Notes: generated by a model not told the origin, from the sequence alone. A stretch of 64,000 nucleotides of DNA from an uncultured Clostridia bacterium (GCA_944345365.1 CALVMJ010000001.1:75228-139227); one strand, 5' to 3'; shown: positions 27,105 to 36,932, numbered from the stretch's first letter. Numbers and translations are program-made.

Positions 27105-27131
27105 TTATTTTGAAAATCGTTTTTTAATTAT
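27105..27131. repeat. Right copy of 27-bp direct repeat (attR or target duplication)
   Basis: Identical to 16131-16157. A partial third copy of its core, TTTTGAAAATC, lies at 27067-27077. Confidence 0.9.
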
Positions 27132-27348
27132 TAAAATGTTTCTTTAATAAATAATTAGTGGAGATAAATTATTTTTCGTAAATAAATTATTTATTGATAC
27201 TTAAAACCTATAATTAATTTATTGCTCCAAAAAATTAGACCTTTTTCGACAAGTTTTCAGCAATAATATTAAATAATTTGTTTTGTTAAATATTAAAAAC
27301 ATTGTAAAATGTTTATTGTCTTAATAAACAAAAAAAAGGAGAAATAAA

Positions 27349-27687
27349 ATGGGAAATAAGCTATTAAAAAGCCTTGCAATAAATGCAAGAAACAGGTTAA
27401 TTAATAAAGGGGCAGAAAAAGGGAATCTTAAACAAAGAAACGCTGTTTACAGTCCAAATGTTAAATTTAAAATTATATCTAACGAAGATGTTGATTTTAT
27501 TGCAAGAGCAAGCTCATTAAGTGATGAAGATCTTTTTAATCCTCTAAAAAAGCTTATTGATGAAGCCTATTTTTCAAAATTAGATGCGTATGGCAAGGAA
27601 AAACTCCTTTTTGACACAATCGATAAATACGCAAAGTTTAGACGAAAGGTTGAATATGAAAATTCAGATAAAAAAGTTTTAAGCTAA
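27349..27687 (+). CDS. Hypothetical 112-aa protein
   Basis: Good RBS (AAAGGAGAAATAAAATG). No family recognised. Confidence 0.6.
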   Translation: MGNKLLKSLAINARNRLINKGAEKGNLKQRNAVYSPNVKFKIISNEDVDFIARASSLSDEDLFNPLKKLIDEAYFSKLDAYGKEKLLFDTIDKYAKFRRKVEYENSDKKVLS

Positions 27688-27746
27688 ATAAGAAATAAAA
27701 GCCTTTTTTGTTTTGCTAAATTCTTGTATTATGTTAAAATGCTTTT

Positions 27747-29888
27747 ATGGGAACTTATAATCTACAATCATTAAATGAAGAGCAAATTAAACCTTTGTTG
27801 CAAACAAAAGGTGCTGTTTTAGTTACTGCAGGGGCTGGAAGTGGAAAAACAAGGCTGTTAACGCATAGAATTGCCTACATAATTGAAAACGGGGTTAATC
27901 CATATAATATTTTGGCCATTACCTTCACAAACAAGGCCACAAACGAAATGAAGGAAAGGATTTCTTCTATGTGTGAAGGAAGCAATCAAATTTGGATATC
28001 TACCTTTCACTCTATGTGTGCCAAGATTTTAAGAAAAGAAATATATAACATTGGCTACACAAATGATTTTACAATATATTCCGAGTCTGACTCCGAAAAA
28101 GTTAAAAAAGATATTTTAACCGAACTTGATGAAGATGATGATAAAATGAAAAAGCTTTTTTCATTTCATCTTTCAAATTGGAAAAATGGTGTTTTATCAC
28201 TAGAAGAATATGCCAAGAATGAAGAAGATGAGGATTTTGAGGTAATCATAAAAGCAATTAAAAGGTATGAAGAAATATTAAAAGAAAACAATGCGCTTGA
28301 TTTTGATGACCTTTTAATAAAAACATATCAGCTTTTTAAACAATGTCCACAAGTGCTTTTTTATTACGCCAACCGATTTGAATATATCCTTGTTGATGAA
28401 TTTCAAGACACAAATGTCGTTCAATATGAGCTTTTAAAACAGCTCTCTTCTGTGCATAAGAATATTTTTGCCGTTGGAGATGAGGATCAATGTATTTACA
28501 GTTGGAGAGGGGCAAATTTTAAAAACATTTTCAATTTCAAAAAAGATTTTAACGATGTTAAAATTTTTAAGCTTGAAAGAAACTACCGAAGTACACCAAA
28601 CATCTTAAATCTTGCAAACAATTTAATAAAGAACAACAAGGAAAGACTAGAAAAGAAGTTGTGGACTTTAAAATCAGAGGGCGAAAAGCCTGTGATTTAT
28701 CCGGCTTATGACGAAAGAGATGAGGCCGAGTTTGTGGCAAAAACAATATCAAATTTGCTTTCGCAAGGCTATAAACTAAATGATTTTGCTGTTTTGATGC
28801 GAGTTAATGCTCTTTCAAGAAGTTTTGAAGAAGCCTTTCTTTCCTATAACATTGCCCACAGAATTTATGGTGGATTTAAGTTTTTTGAAAGAGTTGAAAT
28901 TAAGAATATAATTGCATATCTTAGATTGTTTGTTAATCCAAAAGATGATGTTTCTTTTGAGAGAATAATAAATTTTCCAAGGCGAGGAATTGGTGAAAGT
29001 GGCGTGGGAAAAATCAAGCAGATTGCAGGAAATGGAAAAATGCTTGAAATTGTTTTAGGAGAAGAAATAAAAAGTGAAAGCGCTGTTTATAAAAAACTGC
29101 AACTATTTGTTGATACTTTTAAAAATCTTGAAAAACTTAAAAAAAGTTTGGGCTTAACTGAGTTTGTCAAAAATGTTATAACCCTTTTTGATATAAGGTC
29201 TGCTTTTAATCCAAAAATAGATGAAGATTTTAACAAACTTATGAATATTGACAGTTTTATTGCATCTGTTGAGGAATTTGAAAAACAAAACGAAGGGGCA
29301 ACACTTTCTGATTATCTTGAAAGTGTTACATTGATATCCGATGTTGACAGCGTTGGGCAGGAAGGATCTGTTACAATTTCGACAGTCCATGCAGTGAAGG
29401 GTCTTGAATTTAAGGTCGTGTTTGTTGTTGGTTGCGAGGAGGGGATTTTCCCAGGAGCAAGATCCTTGGGAAGCAATGCAGGGCTGGAAGAGGAAAGAAG
29501 GTTGATGTATGTTGCAGTGACAAGGGCAGAGGAGAGATTATTTGTCACCTATTGCGGGAAAAGATATATTTACGGACAGACGAGGTTTGAAATTCCAAGC
29601 AGATTTTGCAAAGAGCTTGGACTTGTGAAAAAAGAAAAAATTGAAGAGAAAAAAAGCAATATGCAAGGTTTTTCTGTGTTAAATCTGTTTAAAAAGAGGG
29701 AGGAAGAGGAGGAAAAACCGAAAAAAGACACCTCAATCTATTTCGTAGGACAAAAAGTTAGTCACCCAAGATTTGGAGATGGCGTTATAAAATCAATAAC
29801 CGACGACAGACTTGTTGCCGACATCGAGTTTGAGGGATTTGGGGTTAAGAGTTTAATGCTTGAAATTGCACCGTTAGAAATACTGTAA
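27747..29888 (+). CDS. pcrA: ATP-dependent DNA helicase PcrA/UvrD
   Basis: AGAGSGKTRLLTHRIAY (motif I), ILVDEFQDTN (motif II), YRS, and TVHAVKGLEF / VAVTRAE C-terminal motifs. Confidence 0.95.
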   Translation: MGTYNLQSLNEEQIKPLLQTKGAVLVTAGAGSGKTRLLTHRIAYIIENGVNPYNILAITFTNKATNEMKERISSMCEGSNQIWISTFHSMCAKILRKEIYNIGYTNDFTIYSESDSEKVKKDILTELDEDDDKMKKLFSFHLSNWKNGVLSLEEYAKNEEDEDFEVIIKAIKRYEEILKENNALDFDDLLIKTYQLFKQCPQVLFYYANRFEYILVDEFQDTNVVQYELLKQLSSVHKNIFAVGDEDQCIYSWRGANFKNIFNFKKDFNDVKIFKLERNYRSTPNILNLANNLIKNNKERLEKKLWTLKSEGEKPVIYPAYDERDEAEFVAKTISNLLSQGYKLNDFAVLMRVNALSRSFEEAFLSYNIAHRIYGGFKFFERVEIKNIIAYLRLFVNPKDDVSFERIINFPRRGIGESGVGKIKQIAGNGKMLEIVLGEEIKSESAVYKKLQLFVDTFKNLEKLKKSLGLTEFVKNVITLFDIRSAFNPKIDEDFNKLMNIDSFIASVEEFEKQNEGATLSDYLESVTLISDVDSVGQEGSVTISTVHAVKGLEFKVVFVVGCEEGIFPGARSLGSNAGLEEERRLMYVAVTRAEERLFVTYCGKRYIYGQTRFEIPSRFCKELGLVKKEKIEEKKSNMQGFSVLNLFKKREEEEEKPKKDTSIYFVGQKVSHPRFGDGVIKSITDDRLVADIEFEGFGVKSLMLEIAPLEIL

Positions 29889-30056
29889 AAACTTTTTTGC
29901 AGTATTTTTTTAAAGGGAAATTTGTAATAAAAAAGTAAAAAACATCTTGAAATATGCTTTTGTTTGTGCTATAATATGGCTGGAATTAAAATTATAGTCA
30001 TATGTTGCGATATCTAAGTTATAATGACGATATCTAATTTAAAAGGGGAAATCATT

Positions 30057-33000
30057 ATGGAAGAAAAGAAAAGAAAAGCAATCTTAAAGAAGAGCAACAA
30101 GGTTTTAGGGTTTATTCTTGCCGTTGGTTTGGCTGTGGGAACAAGCACAATTTTGACGGGGTGTTTTGTTAAGGATACTGGCACACCAAAGCCACCTGTG
30201 ACCGATCCTGTTGACCAAGATAAGGAAAACGACAGTAAGCCGGTTGAAGTTGAAGACTTGGCAAGCTTTGAAGAAAAAATTAAGGATTTTTTTGGTGGTG
30301 AAATTGTACAAAGTGATTTTAGTGCTAAAAAATTTAGTTGCTACATAAATAAAGATGGCAAAATACAACTTTTTGTGATTGATGTTTCACACGAGGCAGG
30401 AAATCAGACAAAAGGCGAACTTAAAAAACTCACAGAAGAAATTTTGGCATCAACCCCAACAGCTCTTTGCACATTTAACGACAATGAAAAAACTCTTGAA
30501 TATGACGGAATGAAATACAACAAAAACGGAATTAAAGGTTACAATATTTTTGCTCTTAAATTAGGGGTGAATTTATTACAGTCAGTTACAAAACTTAAAG
30601 GTCCAAGCACTAAATGGGTTGACGGGAAATATGTTTCCACTTTAAATGTCAATGTAGTCACAAACACTAACACAATAATAGGAGATATTGAGTATATTCA
30701 TTTTGAAAAATTAGAAGATGAAGAAATTTACGCAGGACTTCTTGGAGAAGAAGGAAATGTTGAAAAGCAAGAGGTTCCTATTGGGCTTGTTGTAAGCCAG
30801 TTAAAGGCAAGTCAACCTGAAGAAATTAATGAGGAAGTTATTGATCCAGCCCCAACACAAGAAGATCTTCAAGCATTTAAAGATTTAATTTCATCAAAGG
30901 TTGAAGGGTTTGTTGAATATCAAATTAACGACGGATTCTTGGTTGCTTTTAGCGATGTTACAGACAGTTTAAAATTCTCTTTCTATAAACTTAAAGAGGG
31001 AGAAGGACTTGACAAAAAGTCCCAGCTTGAAAAACTTTCAAATTCCATTGAAAATGAAGGACTTGAAACAAAAATATCCCTGTTAAAGAAAAATCCAAAT
31101 CAGTTTGAATTTAATGGATATAAGTATGGCTATAACATAAAGGGAGCTAACCCATTTGATTTAACTGCAACCGCCGACACAATAACAAGCATAATCTCAA
31201 TCAAAACGGCTCAAAACAGTTTGGGAGATTTTGAAGCAAAAGCCGAAATGGTTGTTGGAAAAGGTGACTTTACAAGTATTGTTGTTATTACAGCACCTTG
31301 CAACGAAAACGCAAGCATAGAAGAACAAATCACGGCCCTAACAGGACCAAGTGCCGTTAAGTCGACATCAAACTTAATGAGTGGAAATCAGCTAACAACT
31401 CTCACTTCGGCAGAAAGAGAAGAGGTTGAAGAAGAGGTTGTTGAAAGACCTTCCACCCAAGAGGAAATTGAACAGTTTAGGCAATTCTTGGACAGCAAAG
31501 TAAGTGGAACGCTACTTGATTGGGAATTTGTTGAGGATGAAAATTATAAGTATCTTCAAACCTACGAAAAAACAGCAAACGGGTTGCTTGTAAGTTCAAT
31601 CACACTTGAAAAAGACCAAAGCATAGACACAAACTTTAAAATGCAAGCCCTCACCGAAATTATCAACAAAGAAGGCTTATCAAGATATGTCGAGGTTAAA
31701 TCAAGCCAAACAACATATGAATATGAAGGGTATAATTACAACAAAAACTCACTTGGAGTAAACCCTCTTTTCCCAAATGCAAGCAGTGATTTTAAGTCGA
31801 GTATGTATGCAATTGGTTACACGCCAAATGCTGAGAGTTCGACGGGATACTACGCAGTTGCAAAGTTTATTGCAGAAGAAAACGGCGAATTAAAGCTATA
31901 TGAATTTAAGGCAGAGTCTCCTTCAACTCAAAGCATAAAAATTTTGCTTGACAACCTTAAAGGGACACAGCCAACAACAAAGACAATCACAAACAAAGTT
32001 TCTTTTGAAGATGCAGGAATTGTTTTCAGGGCAAGAGAAATTGTGCTTGACCAAAGCCAGCCTACTGCTGAACAGATTGCAGAGTTTGAAAGCGTGCTTG
32101 AAACAAAGATTGACGGAACAATGCGGGGCTACAAGATTGGCGAGGACAAAATGCTTCAAGTGTGGGGAGAGACAAACGACAAGTTGAAAACATATTACTA
32201 TATGCTTCAAGAAAATGAAGGCATTGATATGGTGTATAAACTTGAAAACCTTGTTGAGGCAATGAAAACGGGAGCAGATTTCAGTTTAACAATGGGCAGG
32301 GAGTTTTTAAAAGAAAGCACCACAACTTATTCCTTTGCAAGTGACAACATAAAATACACATATAACGCAAACACAATCGGGCAAGACTTGTTTGGATTTG
32401 CTGAAACAGACCAAACAAAAACTCATACAATAATAGAACTTGTTAACGAAAACGGAAAGTTTACGGCAGTTGCCGGAGTGCTTATCGGCGAGGGAAATCA
32501 AACAAAATTTGGATCTGTTTATGCAGATTCACACGAAAATGCAAGTATTGACGAAATGATCGAGGCGTTAAAGTCGGCAAGTGCAACAAGAGGCCCTGTG
32601 GAAACCATATTTGAAAATGTTAACGCACTTGAAAACTTTGTTTGCAAATCAGTGCAGACCGAGGATATTCTTGACCAAAGCCAGCCTACTGCTGAGCAGA
32701 TTGCAGAGTTTGAAAGCGTGCTTGAAACAAAAATTGACGGAACAATGCTGGGTTACAAGATTGAAAACGGAAAACTTGAACTTTGGGAAAACGAAGCAGA
32801 CAGAGTTGCTTGCTATCAATATGTTTTGGGAGAAAATGAAGGGCTTGATATGGTGTACAAACTTGAAAACCTCAAACAAAATGTCAACCCACAAATGACT
32901 TATCAAATTTCCAAAACATCAAATGTGAAATATTCCTACACTCTTGACAACACAAAATATACATACAGTGCAAACACAATCGGGGAAGACTTGTTTGGAC

Positions 33001-33974
33001 TTTTCACAGACAACAATTCAAAGAGTTACACAGATATCCAGTTTAATCCAACCAACGCAGTTGCAAAAGTTTATGTTGAAAACGGAAACGACACAAAACT
33101 CTATGAAATCAGGGCAGATTATCAGCAAGGCACATCGCAGGAAGACGCAATCAAAGCCCTTTTGGTTGCAAATGAAACACTTGTTTCGGAAAGTGTTTTG
33201 CCGGGAGTGAATGTTTTAGCAAACCTTAACTGCGAAAGAGTGCAAACAGAAATAATCCAAACCCCAACCGACCCGGAAGAAACCCTCGACTTCTCGGCGT
33301 TAGAAGCGAAGTTGAAGGAAATAAGTGAGGTGGTGAAACCTTACTATACTTTAAAAGAAATTTTAAGTTATTCAATAAAAGATGGAAATATTTATTTAGT
33401 TTTGGATGCTCAATTCATGAAAAACAATAAAATAACTGTTTACAAATCTACAAATATTTATGATTTCAGTAATCAGAGCAAAATAAATGAAGTAGTTAAT
33501 AGCATAACAAAGGATGACTTTGTTGAAGTTTCTGATTTAATGAAAGCCAAATCCCAAATAACCGTTACAGTAACAGAGAAAGACAAAGATGGAAATGATG
33601 TGAAAAAAACATATACATCAGAAAATGGTACATTCGTTGGAAATAATCCTTTTGCAAGACAGTGCGGAATTGAAAATGCCGTTAAAACTTATGTGAGTAA
33701 AATGGGGAATCAAGGGTTTGCAGATTTTGGTACGGGGTACGGCAGGGAGGTTTCTGTATTAGTAGTTAGTAAAGATAAAAGCAATGATACAATAATAAAA
33801 TTATCTAAATTTGCTGTAGAAAGCAAATCGAATTATACACAAAAAGAGCTATATGAAAATTTAGTTACAGATGGTAAAAATAAGAAAATTTCAGAAGAAG
33901 TCATTAATATTGGCGAAAATATAAAAGATGAGCAAAGTCAAAACATCAGTTACTCAAACGGAATTGAACTTTAA
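30057..33974 (+). CDS. Large lipoprotein made of six tandem modules of about 208 aa
   Basis: Lipobox STILTG-C after a K-rich N-terminus. ATG at 30057 follows AAAGGGGA. The recurring module starts P(S/T)Q(E/D)E(I/L)..F...L.SK(V/I).G and ends Y.Y..N..G.(N/D)(P/L)F. Confidence 0.85.
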   Translation: MEEKKRKAILKKSNKVLGFILAVGLAVGTSTILTGCFVKDTGTPKPPVTDPVDQDKENDSKPVEVEDLASFEEKIKDFFGGEIVQSDFSAKKFSCYINKDGKIQLFVIDVSHEAGNQTKGELKKLTEEILASTPTALCTFNDNEKTLEYDGMKYNKNGIKGYNIFALKLGVNLLQSVTKLKGPSTKWVDGKYVSTLNVNVVTNTNTIIGDIEYIHFEKLEDEEIYAGLLGEEGNVEKQEVPIGLVVSQLKASQPEEINEEVIDPAPTQEDLQAFKDLISSKVEGFVEYQINDGFLVAFSDVTDSLKFSFYKLKEGEGLDKKSQLEKLSNSIENEGLETKISLLKKNPNQFEFNGYKYGYNIKGANPFDLTATADTITSIISIKTAQNSLGDFEAKAEMVVGKGDFTSIVVITAPCNENASIEEQITALTGPSAVKSTSNLMSGNQLTTLTSAEREEVEEEVVERPSTQEEIEQFRQFLDSKVSGTLLDWEFVEDENYKYLQTYEKTANGLLVSSITLEKDQSIDTNFKMQALTEIINKEGLSRYVEVKSSQTTYEYEGYNYNKNSLGVNPLFPNASSDFKSSMYAIGYTPNAESSTGYYAVAKFIAEENGELKLYEFKAESPSTQSIKILLDNLKGTQPTTKTITNKVSFEDAGIVFRAREIVLDQSQPTAEQIAEFESVLETKIDGTMRGYKIGEDKMLQVWGETNDKLKTYYYMLQENEGIDMVYKLENLVEAMKTGADFSLTMGREFLKESTTTYSFASDNIKYTYNANTIGQDLFGFAETDQTKTHTIIELVNENGKFTAVAGVLIGEGNQTKFGSVYADSHENASIDEMIEALKSASATRGPVETIFENVNALENFVCKSVQTEDILDQSQPTAEQIAEFESVLETKIDGTMLGYKIENGKLELWENEADRVACYQYVLGENEGLDMVYKLENLKQNVNPQMTYQISKTSNVKYSYTLDNTKYTYSANTIGEDLFGLFTDNNSKSYTDIQFNPTNAVAKVYVENGNDTKLYEIRADYQQGTSQEDAIKALLVANETLVSESVLPGVNVLANLNCERVQTEIIQTPTDPEETLDFSALEAKLKEISEVVKPYYTLKEILSYSIKDGNIYLVLDAQFMKNNKITVYKSTNIYDFSNQSKINEVVNSITKDDFVEVSDLMKAKSQITVTVTEKDKDGNDVKKTYTSENGTFVGNNPFARQCGIENAVKTYVSKMGNQGFADFGTGYGREVSVLVVSKDKSNDTIIKLSKFAVESKSNYTQKELYENLVTDGKNKKISEEVINIGENIKDEQSQNISYSNGIEL
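32046..32763 (+). repeat. Near-identical intragenic duplication (modules 4 and 5 of the lipoprotein gene)
   Basis: 32046-32139 and 32670-32763 differ at 4 of 94 nt, with a period of 624 nt. Further matching blocks lie at about 32223/32846 and 32347/32950. Confidence 0.9.
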
Positions 33975-33975
33975 G

Positions 33976-34003
33976 AAAAAAACGGGCAAGCCCCGTTTTT
34001 TTT
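33976..34003 (+). terminator. Rho-independent terminator after the lipoprotein gene
   Basis: AAAAAAACGGG-CAAGC-CCCGTTTTTTTT. Confidence 0.8.
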
Positions 34004-34058
34004 GCAAAAATTTTTGAGATTTTTGGAAAAATGTTGTAATATAGCAAAGAGGAATGAT

Positions 34059-34862
34059 ATGGAAAAGACGGAAATTGTTTGCTGTCCGGTTTGTGGAGAG
34101 TCACTTAAAAAAGAAGGCAAGAACTATGTTTGCAAAAACAATCATTGTTTTGATATTTCCAAGGAAGGGTATGTGAATCTTTTGCTTGTTAGAAACAAAA
34201 AGACAAAAAACCCCGGAGATGACAAACTTATGGTTACGGCAAGAAAAGAATTTTTGGAAAAAGGGTATTTTGAAAAACTCTTGGAAGAGGTTGTGAAGAT
34301 TTGCAAAAATGAAAGAGGGAGGGTTGTCTTGGACGCAGGTTGTGGCACGGGGTATTATCTTAAAGGTCTTTCAGCAGAGTTTCCCTACAAAAAATTGATC
34401 GGTGTTGACATCTCAAAAAGCGCGATCAAACTTGCGTCAAAGTCGGACAAAAAATCTCTTTACATTGTTTCTTCCATTTTTGATATGCCTTTTTTTGAGG
34501 AAAGCGTTGACATTATCCTTAATATTTTTGCTCCAAAGCCGGAAAAGGAATTTGAGAGAGTTTTAAAGAGAGGGGGCTGTGTTGTTGAGGTTGTTCCGGG
34601 GAGATTTCACTTGAAGGAATTAAAAGAATTGATCTACAAAACACAGGCAAAGGAAAATCAAGAAAAGTTTGCATTTCACAACTTTTTGCAAGAAGATGGG
34701 AGAGTCGTTTTGTATAAGCAAAAGTTAAGTTCAAGAGAAGATGTCAAAAATCTTTTGAAAATGACGCCTTATTGGTATAAAGGTGGACAAAAAGAAGAAT
34801 TTTTGGGAGAGGGAGATTTTGAGGTTATTTTTCACTTTTTGATTAATGTTTGGAGAAAGTGA
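34059..34862 (+). CDS. rlmA: 23S rRNA (guanine-N1)-methyltransferase RlmA-like
   Basis: Zn-ribbon CPVCGESL...YVCKNNHCFDISKEGYVNLL followed by the SAM motif VLDAGCGTGYY. ATG at 34059 has an AAGAGGA RBS. Confidence 0.8.
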   Translation: MEKTEIVCCPVCGESLKKEGKNYVCKNNHCFDISKEGYVNLLLVRNKKTKNPGDDKLMVTARKEFLEKGYFEKLLEEVVKICKNERGRVVLDAGCGTGYYLKGLSAEFPYKKLIGVDISKSAIKLASKSDKKSLYIVSSIFDMPFFEESVDIILNIFAPKPEKEFERVLKRGGCVVEVVPGRFHLKELKELIYKTQAKENQEKFAFHNFLQEDGRVVLYKQKLSSREDVKNLLKMTPYWYKGGQKEEFLGEGDFEVIFHFLINVWRK

Positions 34863-34931
34863 TTTAATTGTCAAAACTTTTGATTAATGTTTTTCTTGAC
34901 TTTTAAGTCAAAAAAGGGTTATACTAAACTT

Positions 34932-36845
34932 ATGAAAAGCAAAAAGAAAAATTTGTTTAAGAGGTTTTGCTCCGGTGTGCTGGGCTTGTGCTTTGCGTCG
35001 GTTTGTTTTTTGGCGAGTGGGTGTGTTCCTTCACTTCTTGGTGGAGACTGGATTAATGACCTCAATGAGCAACTTGAAAACGGAGAAATAACCCAAGAAG
35101 AATATGACAGACTTTTTAATGAATATTCGGGTGGGGTTGAACTTGAAGGCATTAAGGTTTTAAGAAGGCCAAAGAGTTACGACTACGACGGCAATGTTTC
35201 CGATGGCGGTTCGAATTATTACTATCAATTTTCAGAAGATATATTTAGCAATATATATGCAGTATATGGGGTAGTAGGAGATGTATTCGTTGATCCAGAT
35301 AAGTTTCCTCCAAGTGATGACAAAGAGGAGCAAAATATTTTTGATGTGCTTTACAACTTAACTGAAAACGATAATATCAAAACTTTGAAGGATTGGTATG
35401 AGGGAAGTGCCAGCGACAGCGACAACCTTAAATATTTTTATGACGCAATCAGATATCAAATTGTGGACGAAGAAGAAATTGATGAAGATTTGGACGGCAC
35501 AAAAGACTATGTTCAGGTTACTGCCGACACAAATCTGGCTTGGAACTGGGTTAAAGGGTATGAGGAGTTTAATAGTGAAAATGATTCACAAAGTCGATAT
35601 ATTTCGAATTACATTACTTCTATTGTTAATTCAGTTGACGGCACGACAGGCGTAGAAGAAAATAACAAAATAATGAATAATAAAATTGCCTCATCTTACA
35701 ATTTTGCAGGATTTCAAAATTATTATAAAGATTTTATTGATAGTACAGCCTATCAAGAATTATTCGCAAACGATGACTTTATTTCCACCCTTGCTTATAT
35801 GATCTACAGAATTGTTTTGGGGCTTGACACCGATGTTGAGGTGGGCTTTAACGAGAGTGGCGAGTGGGTTGTTGAGGGCTATGAGGGAAAGGACGGCAAG
35901 ACTTCGGCTCAGATTGCACTTGAAGACATTAAGCGCATATTTAACTCTGCTGGCTCGTATGTTGGGCTTACACAAAACAACAAACAGCAGATTGCTGACT
36001 ACATTTTGGAAGAGGTGATTGGGCAAGAGGCGCAAGTTTATGGAAGGCAGAACCTGTTTTATGAAGATGTTGTGAATGCTGTTGTTGAGTATTGTGGAAA
36101 GCTGACGACGGTTGGAAATGCCGGCGAGGACGACGAGATAACCAATGTGGGCGACACATTTATTGCGTCGGAGATTATTGACTATCCTTCGACATCGTTC
36201 TTCATTTCGCAAAACGAGGCTGATCCTTTTGAGGGGATCAATTCCCATGAATATCAGAGTATGGTTTTGATGCCAAAGAATGTTTTAAATTTAACGGACA
36301 TTTGGCTTGACTTTAAGTATGTTGCAAAAAATGAAGATGGAAGCATTATTGATGACAGTGATTTGTTTATCAACATAACGACCTACATCAGGTGGTGGAC
36401 TGGCACGGAACTTAGGGTTTATTCGAGGACGATTAAGGTTTATAACGGAGTGGTTGATCCGGGGAGCAGTAAGACGACGATTGACTTTGAGCTTGATTCA
36501 AACGAGGTGTTTGGCGAGGCTGTTAAGGTTGGCAAGTTTAGTTGTGATGCTATTAATCCAAGCCTTAATCCTTCGGGCAAAGATGAATTGACGGGGTTTG
36601 ACTATTCTATCCTTAGTGGAAAGACGACGGCAAGGCATTATTATCAAGTGGTGAATTCGGCTAGTTATGGTGGATATGGGGTGCTTAATCAAGAGAAGAT
36701 TTCTTCGGAGCAACCGGAGATGTCGTATCTTGAGATTGCGTTTGATGTTTCGAAAGAGGTTGGAGATTTCACGACTAACTACGACTTTTATGTTGGTTTT
36801 TCGCAACTTTACAACGATGACCGAGATTTTAGTTGGGTTAAGTAG
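34932..36845 (+). CDS. Large acidic lipoprotein, function unknown
   Basis: MKSKKKNLFKRFCSGVLGLCFASVCFLASG-C lipobox. About 637 aa, D/E/N/Y-rich. An alternative upstream start lies at 34887. Confidence 0.75.
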   Translation: MKSKKKNLFKRFCSGVLGLCFASVCFLASGCVPSLLGGDWINDLNEQLENGEITQEEYDRLFNEYSGGVELEGIKVLRRPKSYDYDGNVSDGGSNYYYQFSEDIFSNIYAVYGVVGDVFVDPDKFPPSDDKEEQNIFDVLYNLTENDNIKTLKDWYEGSASDSDNLKYFYDAIRYQIVDEEEIDEDLDGTKDYVQVTADTNLAWNWVKGYEEFNSENDSQSRYISNYITSIVNSVDGTTGVEENNKIMNNKIASSYNFAGFQNYYKDFIDSTAYQELFANDDFISTLAYMIYRIVLGLDTDVEVGFNESGEWVVEGYEGKDGKTSAQIALEDIKRIFNSAGSYVGLTQNNKQQIADYILEEVIGQEAQVYGRQNLFYEDVVNAVVEYCGKLTTVGNAGEDDEITNVGDTFIASEIIDYPSTSFFISQNEADPFEGINSHEYQSMVLMPKNVLNLTDIWLDFKYVAKNEDGSIIDDSDLFINITTYIRWWTGTELRVYSRTIKVYNGVVDPGSSKTTIDFELDSNEVFGEAVKVGKFSCDAINPSLNPSGKDELTGFDYSILSGKTTARHYYQVVNSASYGGYGVLNQEKISSEQPEMSYLEIAFDVSKEVGDFTTNYDFYVGFSQLYNDDRDFSWVK

Positions 36846-36932
36846 TGAAAGGTTTTAAGAAGAATAAACTTTTGTGATTGTGGGAACAATCAATTTAAAA
36901 AGTTGGCGGAAAAATGGTGGTAGCGAAAAGGA

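Larger units (their letters stand above)
16131..27131 (+). mobile_element. Integrated rolling-circle (inovirus-like?) element, about 11 kb, bounded by a 27-bp direct repeat
   Basis: Perfect 27-bp repeats at both ends. All ORFs are on one strand. Contains an HUH Rep plus iterons, a DDE integrase at one end and many membrane proteins. No capsid, terminase or tail genes. Confidence 0.7.

Noticed and set aside
32046-32763. The near-identical 94-nt repeats as a diversity-generating retroelement TR/VR pair
   Set aside because: The four differences are not adenine-specific (A>G, G>A, G>T, C>T). Both copies are in-frame modules of one gene, and no reverse transcriptase is present in the window.
35760-36248. 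162-aa minus-strand ORF and neighbouring alternate-frame ORFs in the 637-aa lipoprotein gene
   Set aside because: They are shadow ORFs within a locally GC-richer stretch of a long, well-supported + strand gene.
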